Part shown: positions 40,549 to 50,665 of the stretch, piece by piece
Position numbering within the stretch: position 1 is the first letter of the stretch
Layout: every line of letters begins with the position of its first letter
NCBI GenBank assembly: GCA_045863295.1
Contig: BTWA01000009.1
Location: forward strand, 1-64,000
Direction of reading: 5' to 3'
Source of the DNA: Candidatus Hydrogenedentota bacterium
Lineage (GTDB): Bacteria > Hydrogenedentota > Hydrogenedentia > Hydrogenedentales > SLHB01
Length of the DNA stretch: 64,000 bases
Program-made: the position numbers and the translations under genes
The notes under the pieces: generated by a model
Database searches by the model: none
What the model saw: only the letters and a program-made list of their open reading frames with translations
What the model was told of the DNA's origin: nothing

Positions 40549-42667
40549 GAACCGGAGGATCCTTGACCGGGCGCCCCGCGGGAACTCCCAAGCGGCGGCC
40601 AAACTGAAACCGGCGAATGGAAACAAGCACCGCCGCCGCGGACAGTCCCACCGCCAACGCGGTTAAACCAACCAATTGAAATACGAGCATGCCGTCCACC
40701 GCCTGCGGAGCGTTAACCGCGTACCAAATCAAGGTCAGCACGACTGACCCTTGCGCCATAAACGCGTAGACCCTGTCCTTGAACAGGATGCCCAATGTTC
40801 CCAATCCACACGCGATACCCAACCAGGCCAGTCCCATGTTTCGATCCGACACGTAGGCTTGGCTCGCATTCAAGGCGAATCCAAGCACAATGCCGACCGT
40901 TACCGTCCGCAATAGCGTGGCCCTGCGCGGTTTGGCACCGTGATCCTGACCGGCGGTATACCGCAACAGTCTCTCTGCCGCCACTAAACCGCCAATCAAT
41001 GCCACCGCATTAGCCACGGGATAAGCGCCCTCTGGAAGTCTGCTGCCTTGCCAGGCCGCTATCAGCAACACCAGCGTTCCCGCGGCGCGCAATACCGGCT
41101 CTTGCACCAACGTAGATGATCCGATGAGACAGCCACCCAGAATTAATATTCCCAGCGCGGAATAGTCCGGCGGCAATACTGCAACCAGCAATACTGAAAG
41201 CTGCACCGCCGCCGCGACAAAAGGCAACCCTGCTGTGGCTTCGTGTTCCCACAAAGATCCGCCTTGAAACCGGTTCAAGTACCGTTCCCACCGCCGCGCG
41301 GCAAAAAGTGTAAATGCCGCCATGGCGCACCCGAGCAGCAGCGTGTTTGGATCCATATCGGCAAGAGGAGTTCCGTTCAACAAGAAATAGTAGAAAGCGA
41401 CATGGCCAGCCATCAAAACCAGGACCGCGCCCGCTTCGATTTGCGGCGTGCGCAACAACCAGCCAACCGCACCCATGGGCAAGGCAACCAGGCAAAGCAT
41501 GTAGGGCAGCGCAGGCGAATCGCCGTTCTCGGAGATCACGACCAGGATCAGCATCAATGCACTCGCCGCGGCATGCAGCAGCGATACCACGTTGTTCGCG
41601 GGATCCCACATCGACTTGGATCGTTCATGGGTACGGCCAAACTGATCGTAAATCGCGGCAACTACGGCAAAAAGGGCCGGTACCGAGACGGCGATAAACC
41701 ATTCCGGCGGCACCCTTAGGGATCCCAACAGCACCGGTTCGGCATATCGCAACGCCCCAATGACGAAGTAGGAAGCGGTAACCGCAAGCCCCACCGAAAT
41801 GACCTTCAGATGATTCTCCGGTCGCATCCGGTACCACAGACTTACCAGTACGCTTTCCGCAGCCATGATGACAGGAACCCACATCGTCGGCGCCGCCAGC
41901 ACCAGCGCGAAATTGGCGGCCAGCACGCCTTTCATCCGAAACAGGGGACTAAGCGTGTTGCGGGCCTTAATCGGAGTATCGGCCAATCCCGCGAGCACGA
42001 ACAATCCCGCGGCAACCATGGCTACAAAAGGCCATTCGTCGCCGGGGTACCGGCGATGCACCGCGTGCCATGCCAGAACAAAGTAGAAGAACGACTGCGG
42101 CACGGCCACAAACACCAACCTCCTGCGGCCGCGAATGGTGTGCCGGACTTCCCACGCCATTGCCAGCGAGAACACGCTGTAGCTGAACGTAAGCAATCCG
42201 AAGGAAAACCAGAAATAGGCCGGCTCCGAGTAGGGCCATCGCAGTGGCTGGTCCCGCAGGTAGAACGCGTACGCCAGATAGATCGCAAGCGACGCAAGAG
42301 CGGGAAAGGTGAATCGCAAATGGATCACGTATGCTCCAAGGGCCAACAGAACAAGAATCGCGACTACAAGGAGCGGATAGGGGAGCGCTTTCTCCGCCAT
42401 ACTGTCGTTGAGTTGAACAACATCACTCCAGTTCTCGGCGGAAAAATCGATGGTCAGTGCCGCTGCCAGTCCCAGCACTATGGTCAACGTCACCAAGGCG
42501 CAACGGCTTAACCACGTGGGCCGCGACGAAACCAGATGGTCTCCCTCAATCGCGCGAACGGTCCGGCGCAAATGCTCGACTTCCGCCGTAAGCCGCGAGA
42601 CTTGCGATTCAAGATCCCGGGTGCGGTCGACGCCGCTGTCCCGATCCGTTTGCCGTGGTGCAATCAA
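40541..42667 (-). CDS. Large polytopic membrane protein (DUF2339-like)
   Basis: Short N-terminal coiled coil then about 20 hydrophobic segments; coupled to both neighbours. Confidence 0.7.
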   Translation of the reverse strand: MIAPRQTDRDSGVDRTRDLESQVSRLTAEVEHLRRTVRAIEGDHLVSSRPTWLSRCALVTLTIVLGLAAALTIDFSAENWSDVVQLNDSMAEKALPYPLLVVAILVLLALGAYVIHLRFTFPALASLAIYLAYAFYLRDQPLRWPYSEPAYFWFSFGLLTFSYSVFSLAMAWEVRHTIRGRRRLVFVAVPQSFFYFVLAWHAVHRRYPGDEWPFVAMVAAGLFVLAGLADTPIKARNTLSPLFRMKGVLAANFALVLAAPTMWVPVIMAAESVLVSLWYRMRPENHLKVISVGLAVTASYFVIGALRYAEPVLLGSLRVPPEWFIAVSVPALFAVVAAIYDQFGRTHERSKSMWDPANNVVSLLHAAASALMLILVVISENGDSPALPYMLCLVALPMGAVGWLLRTPQIEAGAVLVLMAGHVAFYYFLLNGTPLADMDPNTLLLGCAMAAFTLFAARRWERYLNRFQGGSLWEHEATAGLPFVAAAVQLSVLLVAVLPPDYSALGILILGGCLIGSSTLVQEPVLRAAGTLVLLIAAWQGSRLPEGAYPVANAVALIGGLVAAERLLRYTAGQDHGAKPRRATLLRTVTVGIVLGFALNASQAYVSDRNMGLAWLGIACGLGTLGILFKDRVYAFMAQGSVVLTLIWYAVNAPQAVDGMLVFQLVGLTALAVGLSAAAVLVSIRRFQFGRRLGVPAGRPVKDPPVHG

Positions 42668-45165
42668 TCGCTGGTCGCCGTTTCCACATTGCCAGTGAAC
42701 CGGTGCAAAGCCGTTCCCTGCACCGGGTCGGCCTTCAGTGTAGCGAATGGAACCGGGGCAATGAAATCCATCGGGCCACCGGTCACGGTCACCGCGCCGT
42801 TGCGTTGCGTAATGGACTTGGCGTTGGGTGCCATTGTGACGAGGTAGTGGTGCTTCTGGCCGGTCCTTGGATTAACCACAAAAACAAACCCATGCGTGCC
42901 GTTGCGGTCCACATAGGGTTGGTACCAGTCGTTCCCGTATATCTGCTGATCGATGAAAAACCATTCGCCATCGCGGTTTTCCCAAAGCATCGGCGCCTTA
43001 TAGGGCACAAATCCTTCCACCAGAATGGGCGTCCAACCTTCGCCATCCGTCAGTACGAATTCAGCAAAGCCACCCGGGTCTGCGGTCACGCGAAATGGGA
43101 GTCCCGGCGATGCCGTGCCGTGCAGCACCTCAAGCGAAGGCATCTTCTCGCCGTATAACACCCGTTGAAGGCGCGCGGGCCGCTGATCCGAATCCGGTCC
43201 GCCGTAGGGCATGACGAACAAATGGGCCTCTAGCATATCGCCCTTTTTCAAATGGGACACCGGCGCCGGGCCCGTCAAGAACAATTCCGTCAACGTGGCT
43301 CCGCCGAAACAGCTCAGGCCAAAAGCGTCCAGGGGCTGTCCACCGATCTGACCCGATACACGGTTCACAAAGAAGGCCATGCAACCGTTCTTGTGGGGAT
43401 ATGCCGCGGCGTAAGCCCATTTCGACGCCAGCGGAACGCCTTCAAGGGCCCATGTGTCCGTGCCCGGCACGTCCACCGTCGTTTCTTGGCCGCCGGTATC
43501 GGTGTACGTCACTTTAGGCCACTTGGTGTTGACGATATACGCGCCCGCGTTCAAAAAGCGGAGGTGCTGTGCGCTGGGATCGTCAATCGCTACGTCGTTC
43601 AATACATCAATTTTCAACTTCATGAACGAACGCGCCTCGTCTTCCTGCGGCCATTCGGTTACTTCGACTGTTGTCTTTACGTTGCCGTCTTCGCTCATGT
43701 AGTCCACGGCGAAGTTCGCCAGATTCGGCGCCGTAAGATAAATGCGTGTATCGGTCAACCGGTTGTTAACCCATTGGCCATTGGAGCGGTATCGCAACAG
43801 GCCCACCACCGAAACATGGTCGTGTTGCGGTTGTCCGGTCCACATCGCATTGCTCAATCCGCGCACATCGGCCAGAAAATAGTTGCGCTTGTCCTCCCGC
43901 GCGAACTCGAATGGCACGTAGCAAAATGTCTCCGTCGGTCCAAGCGACGCGTGAAAATAGTGGTGATGGAAGCGGATGGAGGATATTTGCTTGAGCGGAT
44001 GGGTGCCCCAGTGGCCGAATAAATGAAGCACCCGTCCTTCAAATGTCTTTTCCGGAGAGACGGCTACCGGAAACCAGGATTCGCTAAATGCGGCGTCACC
44101 TTCCTCCTTACCCTCCTCGAACTCGCTCCCGAAATTCTTCGAGACCTGTACTTGAACAGGCAGGGGAAATCCATCGGCATTGGTAACAACGGCCGCTTCC
44201 AGCACTTCATAGTCACCGTGCACGTTAAACATGAGTTCCGCGGGCTGGGTCCAACCCACGGGTCCTTTCGTCCGGCTCACGGACAGGCGCGTTTCGAAAC
44301 GCTGGTTCGGATTGATCCAGGCCTCCTCGAAATGACGGGGGCCCGAATGTTCCATACGGACGCGGTAATAACCCTGTGCCTTCACGTACCCTTCGTACTC
44401 TCCCGAGGATACGGAAACGGAAACCGAGTCCGCATACATTTCGTTTCGGAGAAGATTCATCGCTTCAGCGTGCGTATCCCCGGCGACCAATACGATATGT
44501 TCGGAACGCGTACCGGTTTCCTCGGATCCAAAGGCGCATATCGCGTTTACACTGTTCCCATTGTCAATTCGAATGACACGTTTTCGTTGATTGCCGACCT
44601 GCCCTTTCCAACGCGGCAGAGCCATGAGCGTACTGGGCCGGGCGTCTCCCCATTGGAGGCCTTGCTGCAATTCGGCCTCATCGAAAGGCAACTGATTAAA
44701 CGTGTACCGCGCCCCCCCAAGCCACCCAAGAAGCAGCACCGGAACAGGACCCCGCGGCGTTACATTTAACTGCACAAATACCCGCTTCGCGTAACAGGTG
44801 TACACCACCTCGATATCCGCGGCAATGTCGTTCCAGCGCAAGTCGCGAAGATGAATCTCGTACATCTGCGTGCCAAACCGGTAAATGTTGAATCGGCCTG
44901 GACCCCACAAAGCAGCGGCATCCATAACAGGCATCAACGGGTTTGCTGGATCGATTAACTCGTCGCTCTTGGATCGAAACGAGTGAATCATTGGCACTTC
45001 GCGATCGAGGCGCATCGTGTACGTCTGGCCTTCCACGACGAGAAACCGCTTCGCCGCATCCTCGTAATACACGTTCACCGCAGCCTGATCGCGGGTGCCC
45101 TCGAACGCATACACCGCGGTGCACGCAGTCAACGCCAGAATTGCACCGGATACCGATTTCAACAT
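42664..45165 (-). CDS. Large secreted hypothetical protein (about 833 aa)
   Basis: AGGAG RBS then MLKSVSGAILALTACTAVYA signal peptide; the upstream ORF extension overlaps the rhomboid gene and is not real. Confidence 0.75.
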   Translation of the reverse strand: MLKSVSGAILALTACTAVYAFEGTRDQAAVNVYYEDAAKRFLVVEGQTYTMRLDREVPMIHSFRSKSDELIDPANPLMPVMDAAALWGPGRFNIYRFGTQMYEIHLRDLRWNDIAADIEVVYTCYAKRVFVQLNVTPRGPVPVLLLGWLGGARYTFNQLPFDEAELQQGLQWGDARPSTLMALPRWKGQVGNQRKRVIRIDNGNSVNAICAFGSEETGTRSEHIVLVAGDTHAEAMNLLRNEMYADSVSVSVSSGEYEGYVKAQGYYRVRMEHSGPRHFEEAWINPNQRFETRLSVSRTKGPVGWTQPAELMFNVHGDYEVLEAAVVTNADGFPLPVQVQVSKNFGSEFEEGKEEGDAAFSESWFPVAVSPEKTFEGRVLHLFGHWGTHPLKQISSIRFHHHYFHASLGPTETFCYVPFEFAREDKRNYFLADVRGLSNAMWTGQPQHDHVSVVGLLRYRSNGQWVNNRLTDTRIYLTAPNLANFAVDYMSEDGNVKTTVEVTEWPQEDEARSFMKLKIDVLNDVAIDDPSAQHLRFLNAGAYIVNTKWPKVTYTDTGGQETTVDVPGTDTWALEGVPLASKWAYAAAYPHKNGCMAFFVNRVSGQIGGQPLDAFGLSCFGGATLTELFLTGPAPVSHLKKGDMLEAHLFVMPYGGPDSDQRPARLQRVLYGEKMPSLEVLHGTASPGLPFRVTADPGGFAEFVLTDGEGWTPILVEGFVPYKAPMLWENRDGEWFFIDQQIYGNDWYQPYVDRNGTHGFVFVVNPRTGQKHHYLVTMAPNAKSITQRNGAVTVTGGPMDFIAPVPFATLKADPVQGTALHRFTGNVETATSD

Positions 45166-45200
45166 GTACTGCCGACTCCTGACAAAGGGATGTCCTGCGG

Positions 45201-46187
45201 TTATTGCCGCACGTTCCATTGCGTGCCGATGCTTAAGGCCATGAAACCAAGCGTGAGCACCCAGATGACCCCGCTGATTCCCGCGGCCGTCATCCACACA
45301 CGGTTCCACGTGAATCGCCCGGGTATCTGGCGTATTGGTACAAAGCCCAAGAGGTAGCCCGCGGCGAAACCGCCAAAATGCGCCGCGTTGTTGGCCCCCA
45401 TGAAGAGGCCGAACAAGAAGCCGTACATGGCCCACTGCAAAAAGAACGATCGCATCACGAATCCGCGAACGCCGAAGTGTTGCGCACCGCCGATGCCATA
45501 CCCAATCAGTGCGAATAGCCAGCCCGAAGCCCCAACCGTGGGGACGTTGGAATGCCTGAACTCGAAGTACCACAGGTGGGTGGCGACAGCCGCGCCAAGT
45601 TGGCCTAGCGTGATTAGCACCAGCATCCGGCTGCGGCCTATGTGCGATTCGATTATAGGCCCGACCTGGGATACGGCGAATCCATTGAAAAAAAGATGAA
45701 TGATGCCGGCATGCAATAAACCGAAACTCATCAGACGCCAAAACTCCCAGGTGCGCAAGACCTGGGCCGGCTGGTACATGCCGAAAATCGCCAGGGTGTC
45801 CCTGGGGGGATTGAACGCGCCGATAAACCCGTCGCGTACAACGCCGAGCAGGAAGAAGGCCATAATGACACCCAGAAAACTGAACGTAACGGGGTTCGCG
45901 GATTCGGGGAAGACAATGCCCAGCATGCGAAATATGCGGTATCCCAACACCGAAGGAAGGCGAGCGCCGCACGACGCGCACCGCTTGTCCTCACGGTTAT
46001 TGATGGCTGAACACTTAAGACAAAACTTGTGAGGGTAATTCAGCCATTGAAGCGACACCGGAAGGCGCGAACCCTGGGAAGCCGCATTACTCCGGCGCTT
46101 TTCCCATTGGTAGAGCCGCCACTGTAGCTGCGTTGTATTGATTCCGATCCGTTCCAACCACGGCCGGAGTGAAGGAGGTATTTCCAT
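45201..46187 (-). CDS. Rhomboid intramembrane serine protease with N-terminal zinc ribbon
   Basis: WR, HAGIIHLFFN, VGASG, AHFGG; CLKC...CASC. Confidence 0.92.
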   Translation of the reverse strand: MEIPPSLRPWLERIGINTTQLQWRLYQWEKRRSNAASQGSRLPVSLQWLNYPHKFCLKCSAINNREDKRCASCGARLPSVLGYRIFRMLGIVFPESANPVTFSFLGVIMAFFLLGVVRDGFIGAFNPPRDTLAIFGMYQPAQVLRTWEFWRLMSFGLLHAGIIHLFFNGFAVSQVGPIIESHIGRSRMLVLITLGQLGAAVATHLWYFEFRHSNVPTVGASGWLFALIGYGIGGAQHFGVRGFVMRSFFLQWAMYGFLFGLFMGANNAAHFGGFAAGYLLGFVPIRQIPGRFTWNRVWMTAAGISGVIWVLTLGFMALSIGTQWNVRQ

Positions 46188-46292
46188 GGGTACGTATTGG
46201 TTCTTGGTTCCGCCGCCACTGCGTTCAAAAAAGAGGGTTTCGCCTCCCCTCGTTCAGGAAAGGCGAAACCGTGCAAATTCTATTGCCAAAGT

Positions 46293-47225
46293 TTAACGAT
46301 CCGCCTTGCGCCGATCGACAAATACCGCGCTCTTGCCCTGCGGAACGGCTTTCTGCCGGGTCTGCGCCAGTATTTCAAAAAGTTTCTTGGCGCTTTTGAA
46401 CGCCCGGAACTGCGTATGACCCACGCCGATGGACAAGGCCATCAGCGGGTACTTGCCCTCTTTGCCGCTCTTGGCGGTCGCCATAATATAGCCTCGCTCT
46501 GCGTCGTCAGCCGTGTACAACTTCTTGACCATCCGGTCAAAGGACTCCGTCAACGTGTTGCAGAACCGCTCGTAGTCTTCCAGGTTCAACAGAACCACGA
46601 AGTGCTCGCCGCCCAAATGGCTGATGAATGTCTCGTAAATGCCGATCGTGTGCGTCAATTTCTTAAGCAGCTGCGCCATGAATTCCAGTGTACGCTTCTG
46701 GCCTTCCTGGCCATACACCGCGCAATACGGCTTGTAGCCTACGATGTCGATATAACAGGCCGCCAAGGGCACTCCCCGCGAAAGTCGATGATTGATTTCC
46801 CGCTTGATGGCTTCCGTTCCCGGAAGGTTCGTAATCGGGTTTAAACGCTTTATCGACTCCTGAAGCCCTTTCAGACTGTCAATCTTTTCCATCAACTGAT
46901 CCAGTTTGAATGGCTTCGTAAGGCAGTCGTCGGCCCCTTGTTCCAAGCCATGGAGTATCTCAGGCTCTTCGCCCAGCGCTGTCAGGATCAGCACGCTCAC
47001 GTTATAAAGTTCCGGATCCTTCCGGATGCGGCGGCAAATCTGGTAACCCGTCACGCCCGGCAACATAATGTCGAGAATCACAATTTCCGGACGCACATCT
47101 TTCGCGCGCTCAAACGCGCCTTCCCCGGAATTGATCGTGGACACGTCGTTGCCTTCCGCGGACAATTTGGTCTGAACCAATTCAGCCAAATCCACATCGT
47201 CGTCCACAAGCAAGATCTTGGACAT
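46293..47225 (-). CDS. Response regulator with degenerate GGDEF domain
   Basis: ILLVDDD, LDIMLP, LTA, KPF; NPITNLPG, YID, HLGGEHF. Confidence 0.88.
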   Translation of the reverse strand: MSKILLVDDDVDLAELVQTKLSAEGNDVSTINSGEGAFERAKDVRPEIVILDIMLPGVTGYQICRRIRKDPELYNVSVLILTALGEEPEILHGLEQGADDCLTKPFKLDQLMEKIDSLKGLQESIKRLNPITNLPGTEAIKREINHRLSRGVPLAACYIDIVGYKPYCAVYGQEGQKRTLEFMAQLLKKLTHTIGIYETFISHLGGEHFVVLLNLEDYERFCNTLTESFDRMVKKLYTADDAERGYIMATAKSGKEGKYPLMALSIGVGHTQFRAFKSAKKLFEILAQTRQKAVPQGKSAVFVDRRKADR

Positions 47226-47424
47226 TCGAAACCCTTCCTTGGCGGCTCCTGAACTTCGGTAACGCGGTCACTCCGGGCAAAAAACGGCTTACCCGCGAGT
47301 AATGTCTCAGCAATATCCGGGCTCGGACGGCCCGGCGAAGTAGTGCCTGGACGCTGTGTCCCGACATCAAGTCGTTGAAATACGTGTATTTACTTATATC
47401 ACATGGCCCCTGTCCTACGCCAAG

Positions 47425-47453
47425 TTGTGAGCAGGGTATTCTTGACGTATAAT
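47425..47453 (+). promoter_or_regulatory. Putative sigma70 promoter TTGTGA-N17-TATAAT
   Basis: Consensus -10 with 17-bp spacer, about 100 bp upstream of the lipoprotein gene. Confidence 0.55.
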
Positions 47454-47558
47454 GTGAGTCAGGACGTAAACTGGGCATACGCCCAACGTGGGCCATCAAC
47501 CTATCCCGTCTGATCTGCCGTCTGTCTGGCCGGGAAAGCCAATCAGGAGTGCACATAA

Positions 47559-48194
47559 ATGAAACGCCTTGCGGCAGTTTTGCTGGTACCCGTTCTCGCG
47601 TTCGTGTTCACCGCGTGCGAGAAAAAAGAACCGGAAAAGCCCGAGGCGCCGCCCCCGCCGCCACCCCCGTCCGCCGAGCAGCTATCGCAACAAGTCATCA
47701 CCCAGGTCACGCCCATGCTCGCCCTGGGGTCGGCCGGTTCGCCCCAGATGGTGGGAATGCTAACGGGAGAATTCGGAAAACTCAGGGGTGAAGTCAACGG
47801 CGAAAAAGCCATGATGCAAGTGCGAAATTGGCTCAAGGAACAGTTGCGGGCCTCCATGGACGCACAAGCCTGGGACGTGGCATTGGGACTTTGCGACGCC
47901 GTCGACGCCGTAGAACCCGGCAACAGCCGTACCACTCGCTCCCGGGAGCGCGCACTCTCGGAACGGAATAAACCTCAAGTCACCGTGAAGGGCTTCTACG
48001 AAGAAAAGACCAACGGCACGGTCACCATATTCATGGATGTCTATCTTCCCGCGACCGGCACCATGGAAAGCGTCCGGGTGCGTGAAGGGGAAGAAGTGCT
48101 GGGGCTCAAAATCGAGAAGATTATCGGCGACAACAAGGGTGTACGCATTAAGTATCTGGAAACCGGACAGTCCTATGACGTTGCGGGCCCCTGA
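47559..48194 (+). CDS. Lipoprotein, paralog 1 (Pro linker, helical region, PilP/GspC-HR-like beta domain)
   Basis: Lipobox FTAC, poly-Pro, C-terminal VRVREGEEVLGLKIEKI. Confidence 0.75.
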   Translation: MKRLAAVLLVPVLAFVFTACEKKEPEKPEAPPPPPPPSAEQLSQQVITQVTPMLALGSAGSPQMVGMLTGEFGKLRGEVNGEKAMMQVRNWLKEQLRASMDAQAWDVALGLCDAVDAVEPGNSRTTRSRERALSERNKPQVTVKGFYEEKTNGTVTIFMDVYLPATGTMESVRVREGEEVLGLKIEKIIGDNKGVRIKYLETGQSYDVAGP

Positions 48195-48223
48195 CGCGGC
48201 CGCCTACATGGGAGAATGGCGTC

Positions 48224-48928
48224 ATGCAGGCGCGCAACGTTCATCGACGCCTGAGGTGGAATTCGGGTCCGTCATGCGTCTGCCTCGCCCTCGTTCTGGG
48301 GTCGCTCGGCTGTGATGAGTCGGTCCTGCGGCCACCGCAAACCGTTCAGCCTCCCGGTCAGCCGCCTGATGCGGCAGCCATTGAACGTGAAATTCGCACG
48401 GGTCTGGATCCACTGCTTCAGGGTGCGCCCCTGATCGATGCCAACACGCAGGTGTTGCCGCAAAACTACCAAGCCTGGATCGCCCACGCGCGGCAAATGA
48501 TAGCTTCCCATGCAAACTCCGGAGAGGGGCGGAAGGCCATCAATGCCGTAACGCACGATCTGGAAGAGGCGCTCCGCACCGTACGAAACGCCGGCAACGT
48601 CGGATACGTGTTGGTATTTGCCGAACTGGTTCGTATATTTGATCCCGGCACCGTCAAAGTCCAGAGGCACGAGGAATGGGCGCAACTACGCAGAAACCGG
48701 CCAATCGTCACCATTCGCGGGTGGTTTGAGCGGTTGGATGCCGATATTGAGATTATCGACGTGTTTTTGGAAGTCTATCTCCCGGAATCCGGCGAGTCGC
48801 GCCATATGCGCGTGCGCCCCGGCGAAGAATTCCTCAATTTGAAATTCGAAAAGATGATTGGGGATAAAAAGGGCATTCAGTTTTACTACGAACCCACCAA
48901 CGAAGTGTTTGAGGTATACGGTCCGTGA
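48224..48928 (+). CDS. Lipoprotein, paralog 2
   Basis: Lipobox-like SLGC; C-terminal half aligns with the preceding gene (VYLP, VR.GEE, IGD.KG, terminal GP). Confidence 0.75.
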   Translation: MQARNVHRRLRWNSGPSCVCLALVLGSLGCDESVLRPPQTVQPPGQPPDAAAIEREIRTGLDPLLQGAPLIDANTQVLPQNYQAWIAHARQMIASHANSGEGRKAINAVTHDLEEALRTVRNAGNVGYVLVFAELVRIFDPGTVKVQRHEEWAQLRRNRPIVTIRGWFERLDADIEIIDVFLEVYLPESGESRHMRVRPGEEFLNLKFEKMIGDKKGIQFYYEPTNEVFEVYGP

Positions 48929-50625
48929 CGCAATCCGAAAACGGACGCCGCTTTGGCGTCGTGGCCTCCCTGTTGCTGCTTGCTTTGGTCGTGTTGGCAT
49001 ACGCGCCCAGTTTCAAAGGCGGATACGTATGGGACGACTATTCGTCGATTGTCCTGAATCAACACGTTCAGGATCCCAGTGCAATCCTTTCCCTTTTCGC
49101 GGAGGATTTCCACACGTTCGGACGCGGAAAAGGCAACTTCTACCGGCCTATACAGGCGGTTACCTACATGGTCGAATACGCCATGTCCAGTCCAATGACA
49201 CATCCCGCGCCGGGTGCCACGGAACCGTGGATGAGTCCGTTTCTGTTCCGCGTGGGCAATGCCCTCTGGCACGCCTTCGCATCCATCATGCTGCTTGCTC
49301 TGCTGGGCCGGTTGGGTGTGTCCAACGGCGTCCGGTTTGTCCTTTGCGCGTTGTACGCCGTGCATCCTATTCACACCGAGGCGGTCGCCTACATTAGCGG
49401 CCGCGCCGATTCCCTGTCCGCCGGTTTTATGTTCGCGTCGCTCTATTGTGTGCTATCAGACCGCCGGTGGGTTTCCACGGGGCTCTCCATGGTTTGGTTT
49501 GTCGTTGCGCTTTGCAGCAAGGAATCGTCGACGATGCTTCCATTCCTGTTGCTCGCGCTCTGGTTGACGCTGCCGCGAAATGAGGAAGGCAAAGCCCGCC
49601 GGAAATCGATGTGGATTCCCATGGCCGCCAGCGGAGTAATTGTCGCCATATACGGTGTCCTCCGCATGACCGTGCTTCAATTCAGCCAGAACGCCTCCGG
49701 CCGCGAACTGAGTTTTGCCGACCGGGCCATTGAAGCGATGCAAGCGCTCGCACTATATGCCGGCCTGTTCTTCGTGCCGACTGGTTTGCACATGGAGCGC
49801 ACCCTGGACGACGTGCCCGTATGGCTCGCCGCCGTGGGACTGCTTCTCCTCGTTACGTTCGCAGGGGTCGCGTTCATAGCGTGGCGGAAAGGCTGGACCC
49901 CGGTCGCGTTCGGGCTCCTCTGGTTTCTTATCACATGGCTGCCCATTTCCGGACTGTTTCCACTCAACGCGCCCATGGCAGAGCATTGGATGTACGTGCC
50001 GATGGCCGGATTCATGCTCGCTCTGCTGACCATACTGGGCTCGATACTGCGCGCCACCCCTGCAAGGACCATCGCGGCGGGAGTTGCGTTCGCGGTCTGT
50101 ACCGCCTTTGTGATCTTGACGGTGCAACGCGCCGACGATTGGACGTCCAATGAAAAACTGTATCTCGCCACGCTGCGAGAGAACCCCAATACGACGCGTG
50201 TCCATTACAACCTCGCCGTGACCTACGAGGAACTCATCGGAAATCCGCCCGGCGCGAAGCGCCACTACGAGGCGGTTCTCGCAATCTACGACAAAAAACA
50301 CCAAGCCGCCGGCATCAGCCCTAGCGAAGTCCGGTTTACTGACGAGGAACTCGAGTCCCACCTGTCGCTCGGGAAAATGGCATTGGATCAGCAGCGCTTT
50401 GGTGAAGCCTTACCCCATTACACCGTCGTCCTCCGGCTGCAACCGACCGACGAAACCAAACCGCTCATCGCCGCCGCGTCCCTTGGCGCGGGCCAGTGCC
50501 TGCTCGCCTTGGGCGATCCGGAAAAAGCACAGCAGATGTTCCAGCAGGCGGTCACCATGGATCCGTCCATGCAACAGGATATCAACCGGCTGATGGGTGG
50601 ACCATTGCAGCCCGCAACCACTTGA
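48925..50625 (+). CDS. TMTC-like membrane GT-C protein with C-terminal TPRs
   Basis: YVWDD, FYRP, VHPIHTEAVAYISGRAD, SKE, MAEHWMYVP, TPR repeats. Confidence 0.85.
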   Translation: MTQSENGRRFGVVASLLLLALVVLAYAPSFKGGYVWDDYSSIVLNQHVQDPSAILSLFAEDFHTFGRGKGNFYRPIQAVTYMVEYAMSSPMTHPAPGATEPWMSPFLFRVGNALWHAFASIMLLALLGRLGVSNGVRFVLCALYAVHPIHTEAVAYISGRADSLSAGFMFASLYCVLSDRRWVSTGLSMVWFVVALCSKESSTMLPFLLLALWLTLPRNEEGKARRKSMWIPMAASGVIVAIYGVLRMTVLQFSQNASGRELSFADRAIEAMQALALYAGLFFVPTGLHMERTLDDVPVWLAAVGLLLLVTFAGVAFIAWRKGWTPVAFGLLWFLITWLPISGLFPLNAPMAEHWMYVPMAGFMLALLTILGSILRATPARTIAAGVAFAVCTAFVILTVQRADDWTSNEKLYLATLRENPNTTRVHYNLAVTYEELIGNPPGAKRHYEAVLAIYDKKHQAAGISPSEVRFTDEELESHLSLGKMALDQQRFGEALPHYTVVLRLQPTDETKPLIAAASLGAGQCLLALGDPEKAQQMFQQAVTMDPSMQQDINRLMGGPLQPATT

Positions 50626-50665
50626 AGCAACGGCCACCAGAGCCGAATGGGGGATTAAACTGACT

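Noticed and set aside
45166..45981. N-terminal extension giving a 1105-aa ORF
   Set aside because: It overlaps the rhomboid gene in another frame; an RBS and signal peptide mark the real start at 45165
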